Assembly (NCBI GenBank): GCA_950097015.1 | Contig: CATNEN010000002.1 | Coordinates: 62,001 to 126,000, forward strand | Reading direction: 5' to 3' | Origin: Macrostomum hystrix | Taxonomy: Eukaryota > Animalia > Platyhelminthes | Length of the DNA stretch: 64,000 bases | In this document: positions 12,146-23,704 of the stretch, one piece after another | Layout: the number at the start of each line of letters is the position of its first letter | Position numbering within the stretch: position 1 is the first letter of the stretch | Notes under the pieces: generated by a model | Database searches by the model: none | Seen by the model: the letters and a program-made list of their open reading frames with translations, nothing else | What the model was told of the DNA's origin: nothing | Translations under genes and position numbers: made by a program

Positions 12146-13717
12146 ATGGACACGCCGCGATTCAAGGATCTCTCCGATGTGCTGCAGCTGCGCAAGCAGG
12201 GCCAGAGCATGTCCACCTCCGTACAGGCCACAACCACCCTGTGGCTGACTACAGTCTCCGTGTTGGGCATCGTTGGCAACGCCCTGGTGATCATGTTCTT
12301 CTCCAGAAGCCTGAAAGACCTGCCCCAGAATGTCTACGTGATCGCTCTGGCAGCCCTGGACTTGGTCGTCTGCGCGGTGGTTATTCCGTCGACAATCTAT
12401 CAGGACGTCTGGCTGGCTTCTAGCAGCGACCTGGGCTGCAAGCTGTTCAACATTCTCCGCTACTCTCTGGTTCCATCGTCTGCATTTTTGCTGTGCCTCA
12501 TCGCCGTTGATCGCTTCGTCATCATCTGCTTCGTGCCGGGCATCCAGTCGACAAGGAAGAACTCGCTGCTGTACATCGGCCTGGTTCTGGTGCTGGGCTT
12601 CGCTCTCGGTGTTCCTGGCGGACTGACAACCGGAGCCAGCGTGCGCATCACCGTGGATGCCGCAGTCAGCAAGTTCAATGGCAACTTCAGCGTCTCTCAC
12701 TGTACCTCGGATTTCAGCATAATCTCAGAGTCGGTCTACAAGGTCTATCGCACAATGCTCACCGCAATTTTCTCCGTCATGCTGCTCCTCCTGGTGTTTT
12801 TCTACGCCAACATTTTCTGTTTTGTCCGCAAGCGCCAGCAACGCTGGGCAAAGTCGCGCAGCTACTTGGCCTCCAAGATGGAGCGAAGCGGCGGCAACAC
12901 TGCCGAGCTCGGCGGCACCAAGGGTCGACGGTGGCTGCTGAACCGCCGCTGGAGCGCAGGCTATGGCGTCGGCGGCGACGGCGGGCGCAACACGCGGCGT
13001 CTCCTGTCTGTGGGCCGTCTGGACGAGGTGACGGAAGTGACGAGCTGCATTGAGGCCAGGCGAGCGTCAGTGAACTTGCCACGCTTCGACCAGCCTGGCC
13101 AGTCATCATCCGAATGCCTTGAGACCGACATAGACGAAGCCCTGGCCGCCTCCTCACCGGTGAAAAATGCTTTCCAGAAGCGAATTTCGGAGGTTTCAGA
13201 ACAGACCAGCTCAGCTGGCCAGGCTGCTGAGATCGAGGGTGCTGACGCCATCGAGCTCAGCGTGATGCTCACTCCTAGCATGACGGACTGCGATTCGCAG
13301 TCGCGTCCCAACCGCATCAACTCGCTGGCCAGTGAGCACCTGACTCAGGCCCGACAGGACTTGGCCGAGCGCACGCAGAAGCGGCCCCACATCAAGACCG
13401 CCAAGGTGCTCGGCGTCATCACCTTCTTCTACGTGTTGTCCTACCTGCCATTCTTTCTAGTTTACAACTTTAACAAATCGGTGAGCGAAGGCGTCACGGG
13501 CCGTTGGATGGTAGAGACGGGCAACTTCTCGGCAGGCAAGTCCATCGACGCCTGGCCAGAGAGGCACAACAGCAGCGCGTGGGCATTCAGCTTCGACTCA
13601 GCTGTCGCCGGCGATGATGTGAGCGGTGGCGTCGGTGGCGGCAGTGACAGTGAAGCGTCGGTCTATCACCAGGCGGTGAAGGTGATGTTCTATTTTTACT
13701 TCATTACTTCGCCATGA
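12146..13717 (+). CDS. Class A (rhodopsin-like) GPCR, probably peptide-receptor-like, apparently truncated in TM7
   Basis: TM1 GNALV, TM2 LAALD, TM3 C..DRF, TM4 ..GVP, TM5 ..FFY, long ICL3, TM6 KTAK..YLPF; TM7 ends FYFITSP* without NPxxY. Likely start is ATG 12146, after the acceptor ctctggcag (12133); the ORF upstream of this is SINE tail. Confidence 0.88.
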   Translation: MDTPRFKDLSDVLQLRKQGQSMSTSVQATTTLWLTTVSVLGIVGNALVIMFFSRSLKDLPQNVYVIALAALDLVVCAVVIPSTIYQDVWLASSSDLGCKLFNILRYSLVPSSAFLLCLIAVDRFVIICFVPGIQSTRKNSLLYIGLVLVLGFALGVPGGLTTGASVRITVDAAVSKFNGNFSVSHCTSDFSIISESVYKVYRTMLTAIFSVMLLLLVFFYANIFCFVRKRQQRWAKSRSYLASKMERSGGNTAELGGTKGRRWLLNRRWSAGYGVGGDGGRNTRRLLSVGRLDEVTEVTSCIEARRASVNLPRFDQPGQSSSECLETDIDEALAASSPVKNAFQKRISEVSEQTSSAGQAAEIEGADAIELSVMLTPSMTDCDSQSRPNRINSLASEHLTQARQDLAERTQKRPHIKTAKVLGVITFFYVLSYLPFFLVYNFNKSVSEGVTGRWMVETGNFSAGKSIDAWPERHNSSAWAFSFDSAVAGDDVSGGVGGGSDSEASVYHQAVKVMFYFYFITSP

Positions 13718-13877
13718 ACACGGGCTCCATCCAATGAAACAACTTCCAGAATCACAAAACATCGGCATCGTCGAAATATTCAACGATTCTCGTCGGGGTG
13801 TCTCGTGGCAAAGACCGCCAATATAGGCATAAATTTTCTGCCCACAAAATTTTATCATGCAACCATGCCGGCTTAAA

Positions 13878-14010
13878 GGGGGGTCCGTGGCAGAGCAGTT
13901 ATCGCGTTTGCCTCTCGCACCAAGGTCCCTAAGTTCGATTCCACGGCGAGGCGACATTTATATGGGGCGCAACCGCGGAGAGAAGGCTCGGGGGCTCGTC
14001 GTGCTGCCTC
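13878..14010 (+). mobile_element. tRNA-derived SINE, 5' portion, running into the TC-rich array
   Basis: gtggcagagcagttatcgcg...gttcgattccacggcgagg...cggagagaaggctcgggggctcgtcgtgc. Confidence 0.8.
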
Positions 14011-17000
14011 CTCCTTCCTTCCTTCTTCCTCCTTCCTCCTTCCTCCTTCCTTCCTTCTTCCTCCTTCCTCCTTCCTTCCTCCTTCCTCCTTCCTTCCTTC
14101 TTCCTCCTTCCTCCTTCCTTCCTCCTTCCTCCTTCCTCCTCCTTCCTTCCTTCTCCTCCCTCCTTCTTCTTCCTTCATCCTTTCTCCTTTCTTCCTCCTT
14201 CCTTCTTCCTCCTTTCTCCTTCTTCCTCCTTCCTCCTTCCTCCTTCCTACTTCCTCCTTCCTTCCTCCTTCACTCTTCCTCCTTCCTCCTTCCTCCTTTC
14301 TCCTTCCTTCCTCCTTCCTTCCTCCTCCTTCCTCATTCCTCCTTCCTTCCTCCTTCCTCCTTCCTTCTTCCTCCTTCCTCTTTCCTCCTTCCTTCCTTCT
14401 TCCTCCTTCCTCCTTTCTTCCTCCTTTCTTCTTCCTCCTTCCTCCTTCCTTCTTCCTCCTTCCTCTTTCCTCCTTCCTTCCTTCTTCCTCCTTCCTCCTT
14501 CCTTCCTCCTTCCTCCTTCCTCCTTCCTCCTTCCTCCTTCCTCTTTCCTCCTTCCTCCTTCCTCCTTCTTCCTCCTTCCTCCTTCCTCCTTCCTCCTTCC
14601 TCCTTCCTTCCTCCTTCCCCCTTCCTCCTTCCTCCTTTTTCCTTTTTCCTCCTTCCTCCTTCCTCCTTCCTCCTTCCTCCTTTCTCCTTCCTCCTTCCTC
14701 CTTCCTCCTTCCTCTTTCCTGCTCCTTCCTCCTTCCTCCTTCCTCCTCCTTCCTTCTTCCTCTTTCCTCCTTCTTCCTCCTTCCTCCTTCTTCCTCCTTC
14801 CTCCTTCCTTCTTCCTCCTTCCTCTTTCCTCCTTCCTTCCTTCTTCCTCCTTCCTTCTTCCTTCCTCCTTCCCCCTTCCTCCTCCTTTCTTCCTTCTCCT
14901 CCCTCCTCCTTCTTCCTTCCTCCCTCCTCCTCCTCCTTCCTCCTTCCCCATTCCTCCTTCCTTTTTTCTCCTCCTTCCTCCTTCCTCCCTCCTCCTTCCA
15001 CCTTCCTCCGTCCTCCTCCTTCCTCCTCCTTCCTCCTTTCTTCCTCCTCCTTCCTCCTTCCTCCTTTCTCCTTCCTTCCTCCTTCCTTCCTCCTCCTATC
15101 TCTTTCCTCCTTCCTTCCTTCTTCCTCCTTCCTCCTTCCTTCCTCCTTCCTCCTTCCTCCTTCTTCCTTCCTTCTCCTCCCTCTTCCTTCTTCCTTCCTC
15201 CTTCCTCCTTTCTTCCTCCTTCCTTCTTCCTCCTTCCTCCTTCTTCCTCCTTCCTCCTTCCTCCTTCCTCCTTCCTCCTTCCTTCCTCCTTCCCTCTTCC
15301 TCCTTCCTCCTTCCTTCTTTCTCCTCCTTCCTCCTTCCTCCCTCCTCCTTCCACCTTCCTCCGTCCTCCTCCTTCCTCCTCCTTCCTCCTTTCTTCCTCC
15401 TCCTTCCTCCTTCCTCCTTTCTCCTTCCTTCCTTCTTCCTCCTTCCTCCTTCCTTCCTCCTTCCTCCTTCCTCCTTCTTCCTTCCTTCTCCTCCCTCCTC
15501 CTTCTTCCTTCCTCCTTCCTCCTTTCTTCCTCCTTCCTTCTTCCTCCTTCCTCCTTCTTCCTCCTTCCTCCTTCCTCCTTCCTCCTTCCTCCTTCCTTCC
15601 TCCTTCCCTCCTCCTCCTTCCTCCTTCCTCCTTTCTCCTTCCTTCCTCCTTCCTTCCTCCTCCTTCCTCATTCCTCCTTCCTTCCTTCTTCCTCCTTCCT
15701 CCTTCCTCCTTCCTCCTTCCTCTTTCCTCCTTCCTCCTTCCTCCTTCTTCCTCCTTCCTCCTTCCTCCTTCCTCCTTCCTCCTTCCTTCCTCCTTCCCCC
15801 TTCCTCCTTCCTCCTTTTTCCTTTTTCCTCCTTCCTCCTTCCTCCTTCCTCCTTCCTCCTTTCTCCTTCCTCCTTCCTCCTTCCTCCTTCCTCTTTCCTG
15901 CTCCTTCCTCCTTCCTCCTTCCTCCTCCTTCCTTCTTCCTCTTTCCTCCTTCTTCCTCCTTCCTCCTTCTTCCTCCTTCCTCCTTCCTTCTTCCTCCTTC
16001 CTCTTTCCTCCTTCCTTCCTTCTTCCTCCTTCCTTCTTCCTTCCTCCTTCCCCCTTCCTCCTCCTTTCTTCCTTCTCCTCCCTCCTCCTTCTTCCTTCCT
16101 CCCTCCTCCTCCTCCTTCCTCCTTCCCCATTCCTCCTTCCTTTTTTCTCCTCCTTCCTCCTTCCTCCCTCCTCCTTCCACCTTCCTCCGTCCTCCTCCTT
16201 CCTCCTCCTTCCTCCTTTCTTCCTCCTCCTTCCTCCTTCCTCCTTTCTCCTTCCTTCCTCCTTCCTTCCTCCTCCTATCTCTTTCCTCCTTCCTTCCTTC
16301 TTCCTCCTTCCTCCTTCCTTCCTCCTTCCTCCTTCCTCCTTCTTCCTTCCTTCTCCTCCCTCTTCCTTCTTCCTTCCTCCTTCCTCCTTTCTTCCTCCTT
16401 CCTTCTTCCTCCTTCCTCCTTCTTCCTCCTTCCTCCTTCCTCCTTCCTCCTTCCTCCTTCCTTCCTCCTTCCCTCTTCCTCCTTCCTCCTTCCTTCTTTC
16501 TCCTCCTTCCTCCTTCCTCCCTCCTCCTTCCACCTTCCTCCGTCCTCCTCCTTCCTCCTCCTTCCTCCTTTCTTCCTCCTCCTTCCTCCTTCCTCCTTTC
16601 TCCTTCCTTCCTTCTTCCTCCTTCCTCCTTCCTTCCTCCTTCCTCCTTCCTCCTTCTTCCTTCCTTCTCCTCCCTCCTCCTTCTTCCTTCCTCCTTCCTC
16701 CTTTCTTCCTCCTTCCTTCTTCCTCCTTCCTCCTTCTTCCTCCTTCCTCCTTCCTCCTTCCTCCTTCCTCCTTCCTTCCTCCTTCCCTCCTCCTCCTTCC
16801 TCCTTCCTCCTTTCTCCTTCCTTCCTCCTTCCTTCCTCCTCCTTCCTCATTCCTCCTTCCTTCCTTCTTCCTCCTTCCTCTTTCCTTCCTCCTTCCTCCT
16901 TCCTCCTTCCTTCTTCCTCCTTTCTTCCTCCTTTCTTCTTCCTCCTTCCTCCTTCCTCCTTCCTCCTCCTTCCTTCCTTGTCCTCCCTCCTCCTTCTTCC

Positions 17001-20000
17001 TTCCTCCCTCCTCCTCCTTCTTCCTCCTTCCCCCTTCCTCCTTCCTCCTTTCTCCTCCTTCCACCTTCCTCCCTTCTCCTTCCACCTTCCTCCGTCCTCC
17101 TCCTTCCTCCTCCTTCCTCCTTCCTCCTTCCTCCTTCCTCCTTCCTCCTTCCTCCTTCCTCCTTCCTCCTCCTACCTCCTTCCTCCTTCCTCCTTCCTCC
17201 GTTCTTCCTCCTTCCTTCTTCCTCCTTCCTCTTTCCTCCTCTTTCCTCCTCCTTCCTCCTCCTTCCTCTTTCCTCCCTCCTCCTTCTTTCTCCTTCCTCC
17301 TCCTTCCTCCTTCCTCTTTCCTCCTCCTTCCTCCTTCCTCCTTCCTCCTCCCTCCTCCTTCCTCTTTCCTCCTCCTTCCTCCTTCCTCCTTTCTCCTTCA
17401 TTCCTCCTTCCTTCCTCCTTCCTTCCTCTTTCCTCCTTCCTTCCTCCTTCCTCCTTCCTCCTTCCTCCTTCCTCCTTCCTTCTTCCTCCTTCCTCTTTCC
17501 TCCTTCCTTCCTTCTTCCTCCTTCCTCCTTCCTTCCTCCTTCCTCCTTCCTCCTTCCTCCTTCCTCCTTCCTCCTTCCTCCTTCCTCCTTCCTCCTTCTT
17601 CCTCCTTCCTCCTTCCTCCTTCCCCCTTCCTCCTTCCTCCTTTTTCCTTTTTCCTCCTTCCTCCTTCCTCCTTCCTCCTTCCTCCTTTCTCCTTCCTCCT
17701 CCTTCCTCTTTCCTCCTTCCTTCCTTCTTACTCCTTCCTCCTTCCTCCTCCTTCTCTTTCCTTCCTCCTCCTTTTTCCTCCTTCCTCCTTCCTCCTTCCT
17801 TCCTCCTCCTTCCTCCTCTTTCCTCCTTCTTTCCTCCTCCTTCCTCCTCATTCCTCTTTCCTCCCTCTTCCCCCTTCCTCCTTCCTCCTTTTTACTCCCT
17901 CCTCCTTCCACCTTCCTCCGTCCTCCTCCTTCCTCCTCCTTCCTCCTTTCTTCCTCCTCCTTCCTCCTTCCTCCTTTCTCCTTCCTCCTTTTTCCTTTTT
18001 TCTCCTTCCTCCTTCCTCCTTCCTCCTTCCTTCCTCCTCCTTCCTCCTTCCTCCTCCTTCCTTCTTCCTCTTTCCTCCTTCTTCCTCCTTCCTCCTTCTT
18101 CCTCCTTCCTCCTTCCTTCTTCCTCCTTCCTCTTTCCTCCTTCCTTCGTTCTTCCTCCTTCCTCCTTCCCCCTTCCTCCTTCCTCCTTCCTTCCTCCTCC
18201 TTCCTCTTTCCTCCTTCCTTCCTTCTTACTCCTTCCTCCTTCCTTCCTCCTTCCTCCTTCCTCCTTCTTCCTTCCTTCTCCTCCCTCCTCCGTCTTCCTT
18301 CCTCCTTCCTCCTCCTTCCTCCTTCCTTCTTCCTCCTTCCTCCTTCCTCCTCCTTCCTCCTTCCTCCTTCCTCCTTCCTCCTTCCTCCTTCCTCTTTCCT
18401 GCTCCTTCCTCCTTCCTCCTTCCTCCTCCTTCCTTCTTCCTCTTTCCTCCTCCTTCCTCCTTCCTCCTCCTTCCTTCTTCCTCTTTCCTCCTTCTTCCTC
18501 CTTCCTCCTTCTTCCTCCTTCCTCCTTCCTTCTTCCTCCTTCCTCTTTCCTCCTTCCTTCGTTCTTCCTCCTTCCTCCTTCCCCCTTCCTCCTTCCTCCT
18601 TCCTTCCTCCTCCTTCCTCTTTCCTCCTTCCTTCCTTCTTACTCCTTCCTCCTTCCTCCTCCTTCTCTTTCCTTCCTCCTCCTTTTTCCTCCTTCCTCCT
18701 CTTTCCTCCTTCTTTCCTCCTCCTTCCTCCTCATTCCTCTTTCCTCCCTCTTCCCCCTTCCTCCTTCCTCCTTTTTACTCCCTCCTCCTTCCACCTTCCT
18801 CAGTCCTCCTCCTTCCTCCTCCTTCCTCCTTTCTTCCTCCTCCTTCCTCCTTCCTCCTTTCTCCTTCCTCCTTTTTCCTTTTTCCTCCTTCCTCCTTCCT
18901 CCTTCCTCCTTCCTCCTTTCTCCTTCCTCCTTCCTCCTTCCTCCTTCCTCTTTCCTGCTCCTTCCTCCTTCCTCCTTCCTCCTCCTTCCTCCTTCCTCCT
19001 TCCTCCTTCCTCCTTCCTCCTTCCTCTTTCCTGCTCCTTCCTCCTTCCTCCTTCCTCCTCCTTCCTTCTTCCTCTTTCCTCCTCCTTCCTCCTTCCTCCT
19101 CCTTCCTTCTTCCTCTTTCCTCCTTCTTCCTCCTTCCTCCTTCTTCCTCCTTCCTCCTTCCTCCTTCCTCCTTCCTCCTTTCTTCCTCCTCCTTCCTCTT
19201 TCCTCCTTCTTCCTTCCTTCCTCCTTCTTCCTCCTTCCTCCTTGCTCCTTCCTCCTTCCTCCTTTCTTCCTCCTCCTTCCTCCTTCCTTCCTTCTTCCTC
19301 CTTCCTCCTTCCTTCCTCCTTCCTCCTTCCTCCTTCCTCCTTCCTCCTTCCTCCTTCCTCCTTCTTCCTCCTCCCTCCCTCCTTCCTCCATCCTCCTTCC
19401 TCCTTCCTTCCTCCTTCCTCCTTCCTCCTTCCTCCTTCCTCCTTCCTCCTTCTTCCTCCTTCCTCTTTCCTCCTCCTTCCTCCTTCCTCCTTCCTCCTTC
19501 CTCCTTTCTTCCTCCTCCTTCCTTCCTTCCTTCCTTCCTCCTTCCTTTTTCCTCCTTCCTCCTCCTTCCTTCCTTCCTCCTCCTTCCCCCTTCCTCCTTC
19601 CTCCTTTTTCCTCCTTCTTCCTTCCTCTTTCCTCCTTCCTTCCTCCTCCTTCCTTCTCCTTCCTCTTTCCTTCCTCCTCCTTTTTCCTCCTTCCTCCTTC
19701 CTCCTTCCTTCCTCCTCCTTCCTCCTCTTTCCTCCTTCTTTCCTCCTCCTTCCTCCTCATTCCTCTTTCCTCCCTCTTCCCCCTTCCTCCTTCCTCCTTT
19801 TTACTCCTTCCTCGTTCCTCTTTCCTTCTTCCTTCCTCCTCCTTCCTCCTCCTTCCTCTTTCCTCCCTCCTCCTCCTTTCTCCTCCTTCCTTCCTTCCTC
19901 CTCCTTCCCCCTTCCTCCTTCCTCCTTTTTCCTCCTTCCTCCTTCCTCTTTCCTCCTTCCTTCCTCCTCTTTCCTCCTCCTTCCTCTTTCCTCCCTCCTC

Positions 20001-20735
20001 CTCCTTCCTCCTTCCTCCTCCTTCCTCCTTCCTCTTTCCTCCTCCTTCCTCTTTCCTCCTTCTTCCTTCCTTCCTCCTTCTTCCTCCTTCCTCCTTCCTC
20101 CTTCCTCCTTCCTCCTTTCTTCCTCCTCCTTCCTATTTCCTCCTTCTTCCTTCCTTCCTCCTTCTTCCTCCTTCCTCCTTGCTCCTTCCTCCTTCCTCCT
20201 TTCTTCCTCCTCCTTCCTCCTTCCTTCCTTCTTCCTCCTTCCTCCTTCCTTCCTCCTTCCTCCTTCCTCCTTCCTCCTTCCTCCTTCCTCCTTCCTCCTT
20301 CTTCCTTCTCCCTCCCTCCTTCCTCCATCCTCCTTCCTCCTTCCTTCCTCCTTCCTCCTTCCTCCTTCCTCCTTCCTCCTTCCTCCTTCTTCCTCCTTCC
20401 TCTTTCCTCCTCCTTCCTCCTTCCTCCTTCCTCCTTCCTCCTTTTTCCTTCCTTCCTCCTTCCTTCCTCCTCCTTCCATTTTCCTCCTTTCTTCCTCCTC
20501 CTTCCTTCCTTCCTTCCTACCTCCTTCCTTCTTCCTCCTCCTTCCTCCTTCACTTTCCTCCTTCCTCCTTCCTTCCTCCTTCCTTTCTCCTCCTTCCTCT
20601 TTCCTCCTTCCTTCCTTCTCCTTCCTCCTCCTTCCTCCTCCTTCCTCCTTCCTTCCTTCTTCCTCCTTCCTCCTTCCTTCCTCCTTCCTCCTTCCTCCTT
20701 CCTCCTTCTTCCTTCCTCTTCCTCCTTCCTCCATT
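14005..20735. repeat. 6.7-kb polypyrimidine/polypurine low-complexity array (ttcctcc-type, ~7-bp core)
   Basis: Almost purely C/T on the plus strand, with an internal ~1179-bp duplication. The 2301-aa and 1266-aa ORFs are artefacts. Confidence 0.98.
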
Positions 20736-20966
20736 CGAAAAAACATTCCAAAAAACAAATAACAATGACAAAATGTAACAATGATACGCTATATTGTCAT
20801 ATTATATCATACCCATGCCTAATTACCAGATACGTCTATTGACATATTCAATCAAATACTACAAATTGTTCCTCTCGTTAAAACTTCAAACGCATAAACA
20901 AAAGACCCTATTCACTGAAGCACTCCTGCAAAGTCTCTGCTTCATCTACGCTCACTCACTGACGAC

Positions 20967-22592
20967 TCACTCCATATTCAGCACCACCAGTCGCTTGTTA
21001 CTATTGTCAGCCACCACCAGCTGCTCGCGCGCGCCTCCCGTCACCACCGCCAGACCAAATGGATTTTCGAATCTGCCGACACCGCTGCCGCTCTCGCCCG
21101 GCACCCCCAGAGTCCACAGCAGCGACCCGTCGTCTGCAGCCACCGCTCGCACTGAGTGACCTCGCCATTCACTCACGAACAGGCGGCCTCTCCTGTCCAC
21201 GGCCACACCCACTGGCTCAGTAAACTTTTTGAGGCTGCAACGCTCAGTCGGGTGGGAGGCGACCACCTGCTGGGTGTCAATGCGCACTCTGTGCACCTGC
21301 TTGTGCTTCCAGTCTGTCACCAGAATGCAGTTGTCGTGAATCGCCAGGTTGCGCAGATCAGCATCAGGAAACTCAGTCAGCGTGATGACCGTCTCCATCT
21401 CGCCAGTCGCTTTGCTGAATGCAACAATTTTGTTGCCACCAGACACAAACACGGAGGCCGCGTTGCCGCCGATTCCAAAGATGAAACGAAAGCCCTCGAT
21501 TCGTGGTTCGATTCGACGCACCTTTCGACCACTCAGGTCCGTCACTGTCACTGCGTCAGATTGAGCAATGAACAGCAGCTGACGGTCGCAGTGAAGACCA
21601 AAGATGTACTTCTTACAGTCGATGTCGCAGTGGCACCGCAGCTTCTTCGAGCCGTCCACAGACACCACCTGAAGGTGGTCCTTGTCACTTCTAAATGAAA
21701 ATTGATGCGAAGAAATTGATGCGAAGATGCAGGGCTGAGGCAGAGCCTCACCGCCGTCACTCGCTGACTCGGCGGCCACCACACGGCCCGAACGGTTACC
21801 AACGAATCCGCTGGTGTCGCTGCACACCGCCAGCCACTTAACAAGACCATCCAGCTTCACCTCGTGACTGAACACAATCGGATCGAACAATGCCTGTCTC
21901 GGTTGCTTCATTGCATCGTCGATCTCCTCGGGTGTCGCGCTGACCTCAGCGTCTCTCCAGCCCTCACCAGTCCATACGTTCACACGAGCCAACGCTCTGC
22001 CGAACTGCTCCGACACCTGCCCCAGTCGCTCCAGCTGCTGCTCCGCTCCCAAGCTCTCCTCCAGCGACTTCTGCAGCCGATCAAAGTCCGCCTTCAAGTC
22101 ATCGAGCGACAACTCCATCGACATCGTCAGCTCGACAAGCTTCGACATGTCGCGTGCAGCTTCTGCCATCGACGTCTCCTGCCTGTAGCTTCTCACATCG
22201 TCCATGTCCCGCTGCCACACACGCGCTGTCTCAATCCGAGCTATCATCGGACCTGTCAGTCGATCTTCACTCGAATCCAGGTATCTCCGCATTGTCTCAT
22301 ACAGCTGCTTCGCCCGTCGCAGCTGCTCCTCCATCTCGTGAATCCAATCTCCTCCACCACCTGCTGCACTGCCACCTGCAGCTTCGGCTTGTGGAAAGGC
22401 ACGCAGCTTCTCAGCGACCTTCTCCTTCAGCTTGTGGGCATCCGCCACATCAACACTCAGGTGTTCCGAGCACAGGTAGCGCTCGGAGAACGGACCCAGG
22501 CCGACTGCAGCTTTTTGGCAGACGACGCAGATTGGGATGGCTTCAGGAGGTACTTCGGAACTCGAGCGGTCGCTGGAGTCTCCACGCTGCAT
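20967..22592 (-). CDS. Intronless zinc-finger (B-box-like)/coiled-coil/NHL beta-propeller protein (TRIM-NHL-like, no RING), 541 aa
   Basis: N-terminal CVVC-x-CSEH, a heptad-rich E/K/L/Q segment, and C-terminal NHL-type blades FTEPVGVAVDRRGRLFVSE and FENPFGLAV..LVVADNSNKRLVVL. Confidence 0.8.
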   Translation of the reverse strand: MQRGDSSDRSSSEVPPEAIPICVVCQKAAVGLGPFSERYLCSEHLSVDVADAHKLKEKVAEKLRAFPQAEAAGGSAAGGGGDWIHEMEEQLRRAKQLYETMRRYLDSSEDRLTGPMIARIETARVWQRDMDDVRSYRQETSMAEAARDMSKLVELTMSMELSLDDLKADFDRLQKSLEESLGAEQQLERLGQVSEQFGRALARVNVWTGEGWRDAEVSATPEEIDDAMKQPRQALFDPIVFSHEVKLDGLVKWLAVCSDTSGFVGNRSGRVVAAESASDGGEALPQPCIFASISSHQFSFRSDKDHLQVVSVDGSKKLRCHCDIDCKKYIFGLHCDRQLLFIAQSDAVTVTDLSGRKVRRIEPRIEGFRFIFGIGGNAASVFVSGGNKIVAFSKATGEMETVITLTEFPDADLRNLAIHDNCILVTDWKHKQVHRVRIDTQQVVASHPTERCSLKKFTEPVGVAVDRRGRLFVSEWRGHSVRAVAADDGSLLWTLGVPGESGSGVGRFENPFGLAVVTGGAREQLVVADNSNKRLVVLNME

Positions 22593-22680
22593 TTTCAGAT
22601 TCGAGGTCTGGAAAGAGAGTCGGAAAGAGGCCGTGTGAGTTGAAGACTGCTGCTGGAATCTGCCAGAACTCTAATATTAT

Positions 22681-23200
22681 CTCAGTGTCAAAAATTCTCA
22701 ACTTCAACTCGCTACCTCAGAAAGCTGGGAAGCAGAAAAGTTGCAGAACTACCGTAAGCAGGCCGATGCTGAGGCTCAGGTGAGAATGAGTTTCAATCAG
22801 ACAGCAGTCGGAAGCTGTGCTCAGGAGTCTGAGATGACTCTCTAGTAAGCTAGGTGTCTCAGTTAAACTCTTCTCCGTTGCCATGGCAACAGTGAGAAGC
22901 CTGAGTCTGGTCGATATTAGAGAACAGAATGAAATCCTTGAGTCGCTCTGCTCCGGCAGCTCAGTTTGTCGGCAAAAGACAGTGAGAGTGAAATCAGTTT
23001 TTGTTTATTCTCGGTCGAACGCGAATTCAAAATGCTTTCTGTGGCTGCGTGCATTTCTCTGCGCCTGGGACAGAGAGGGCCGGCTCTGAGCAGCATTGAG
23101 CACAGCTGAGCACCCACCTCTTTCTTGAACTTCTCACAATTGTCAACTACATGGCGTTGAGTGTACTCAAATGCATTGGCAGTGTACTTGGCTTGGTGCC
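22681..23200. repeat. Dispersed duplicated segment (copy B), upstream region of the NHL gene
   Basis: Aligns to 1-515 at an offset of 22680. Confidence 0.92.
22877..22890. promoter_or_regulatory. Perfect palindromic RFX X-box GTTGCCATGGCAAC
   Basis: Exact match to the canonical X-box, 285 bp upstream of the NHL gene ATG. Confidence 0.55.
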
Positions 23201-23497
23201 GAGCGGAAGAGAAGTACTCAGTAGTAGATGCAACTGTTAGCACAGCTGATGGTAGAATGTGAGTAGATTGCTGAGTACTACTGCAGTTTAAAGTCAGCTA
23301 GTTAGCAATTAATATTGGCGAGTGTTCTGGCATCAATAGTTTATTCTGATTGGCTAGTGTATTTGAGTGCGTGTGCATTGCGAAGCGCAGCTTTGTTTGC
23401 CTCATACGCATTGCTGCTTTGGAGCAAATATATCACGCACCTAACGCATTTGATTATAACCAGAGTTTGTTTAGCGGTCGAAGACCGACAGCCCGGT

Positions 23498-23686
23498 TGA
23501 GCAGTTTGAGCAGTTTGAGCAGTTTGAGCAGTTTGAGCAGTTTGAACAGCTTGAGCAGTTTGAGCAGTTTGAGCAGTTTGAGCAGTTTGAGCAGTTTGAG
23601 CAGTTTGAACAGCTTGAGCAGTTTAAGCAGTTTGAGCATTTTGAGCAGTTTGAGCAGTTTGAACAGCTTGAGCAGTTTGAGCAGAA
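23498..23686. repeat. 9-bp repeat (gagcagttt)n
   Basis: About 21 copies. Confidence 0.95.
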
Positions 23687-23704
23687 CTGAATAGTTTGCT
23701 CACC

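Noticed and set aside
13857-20781. 2301-aa, 1266-aa and 1070-aa ORFs (LPPSSF / EEGGRRK)
   Set aside because: They are translations of the TC/GA low-complexity array, which cannot contain stops; there is no domain content.
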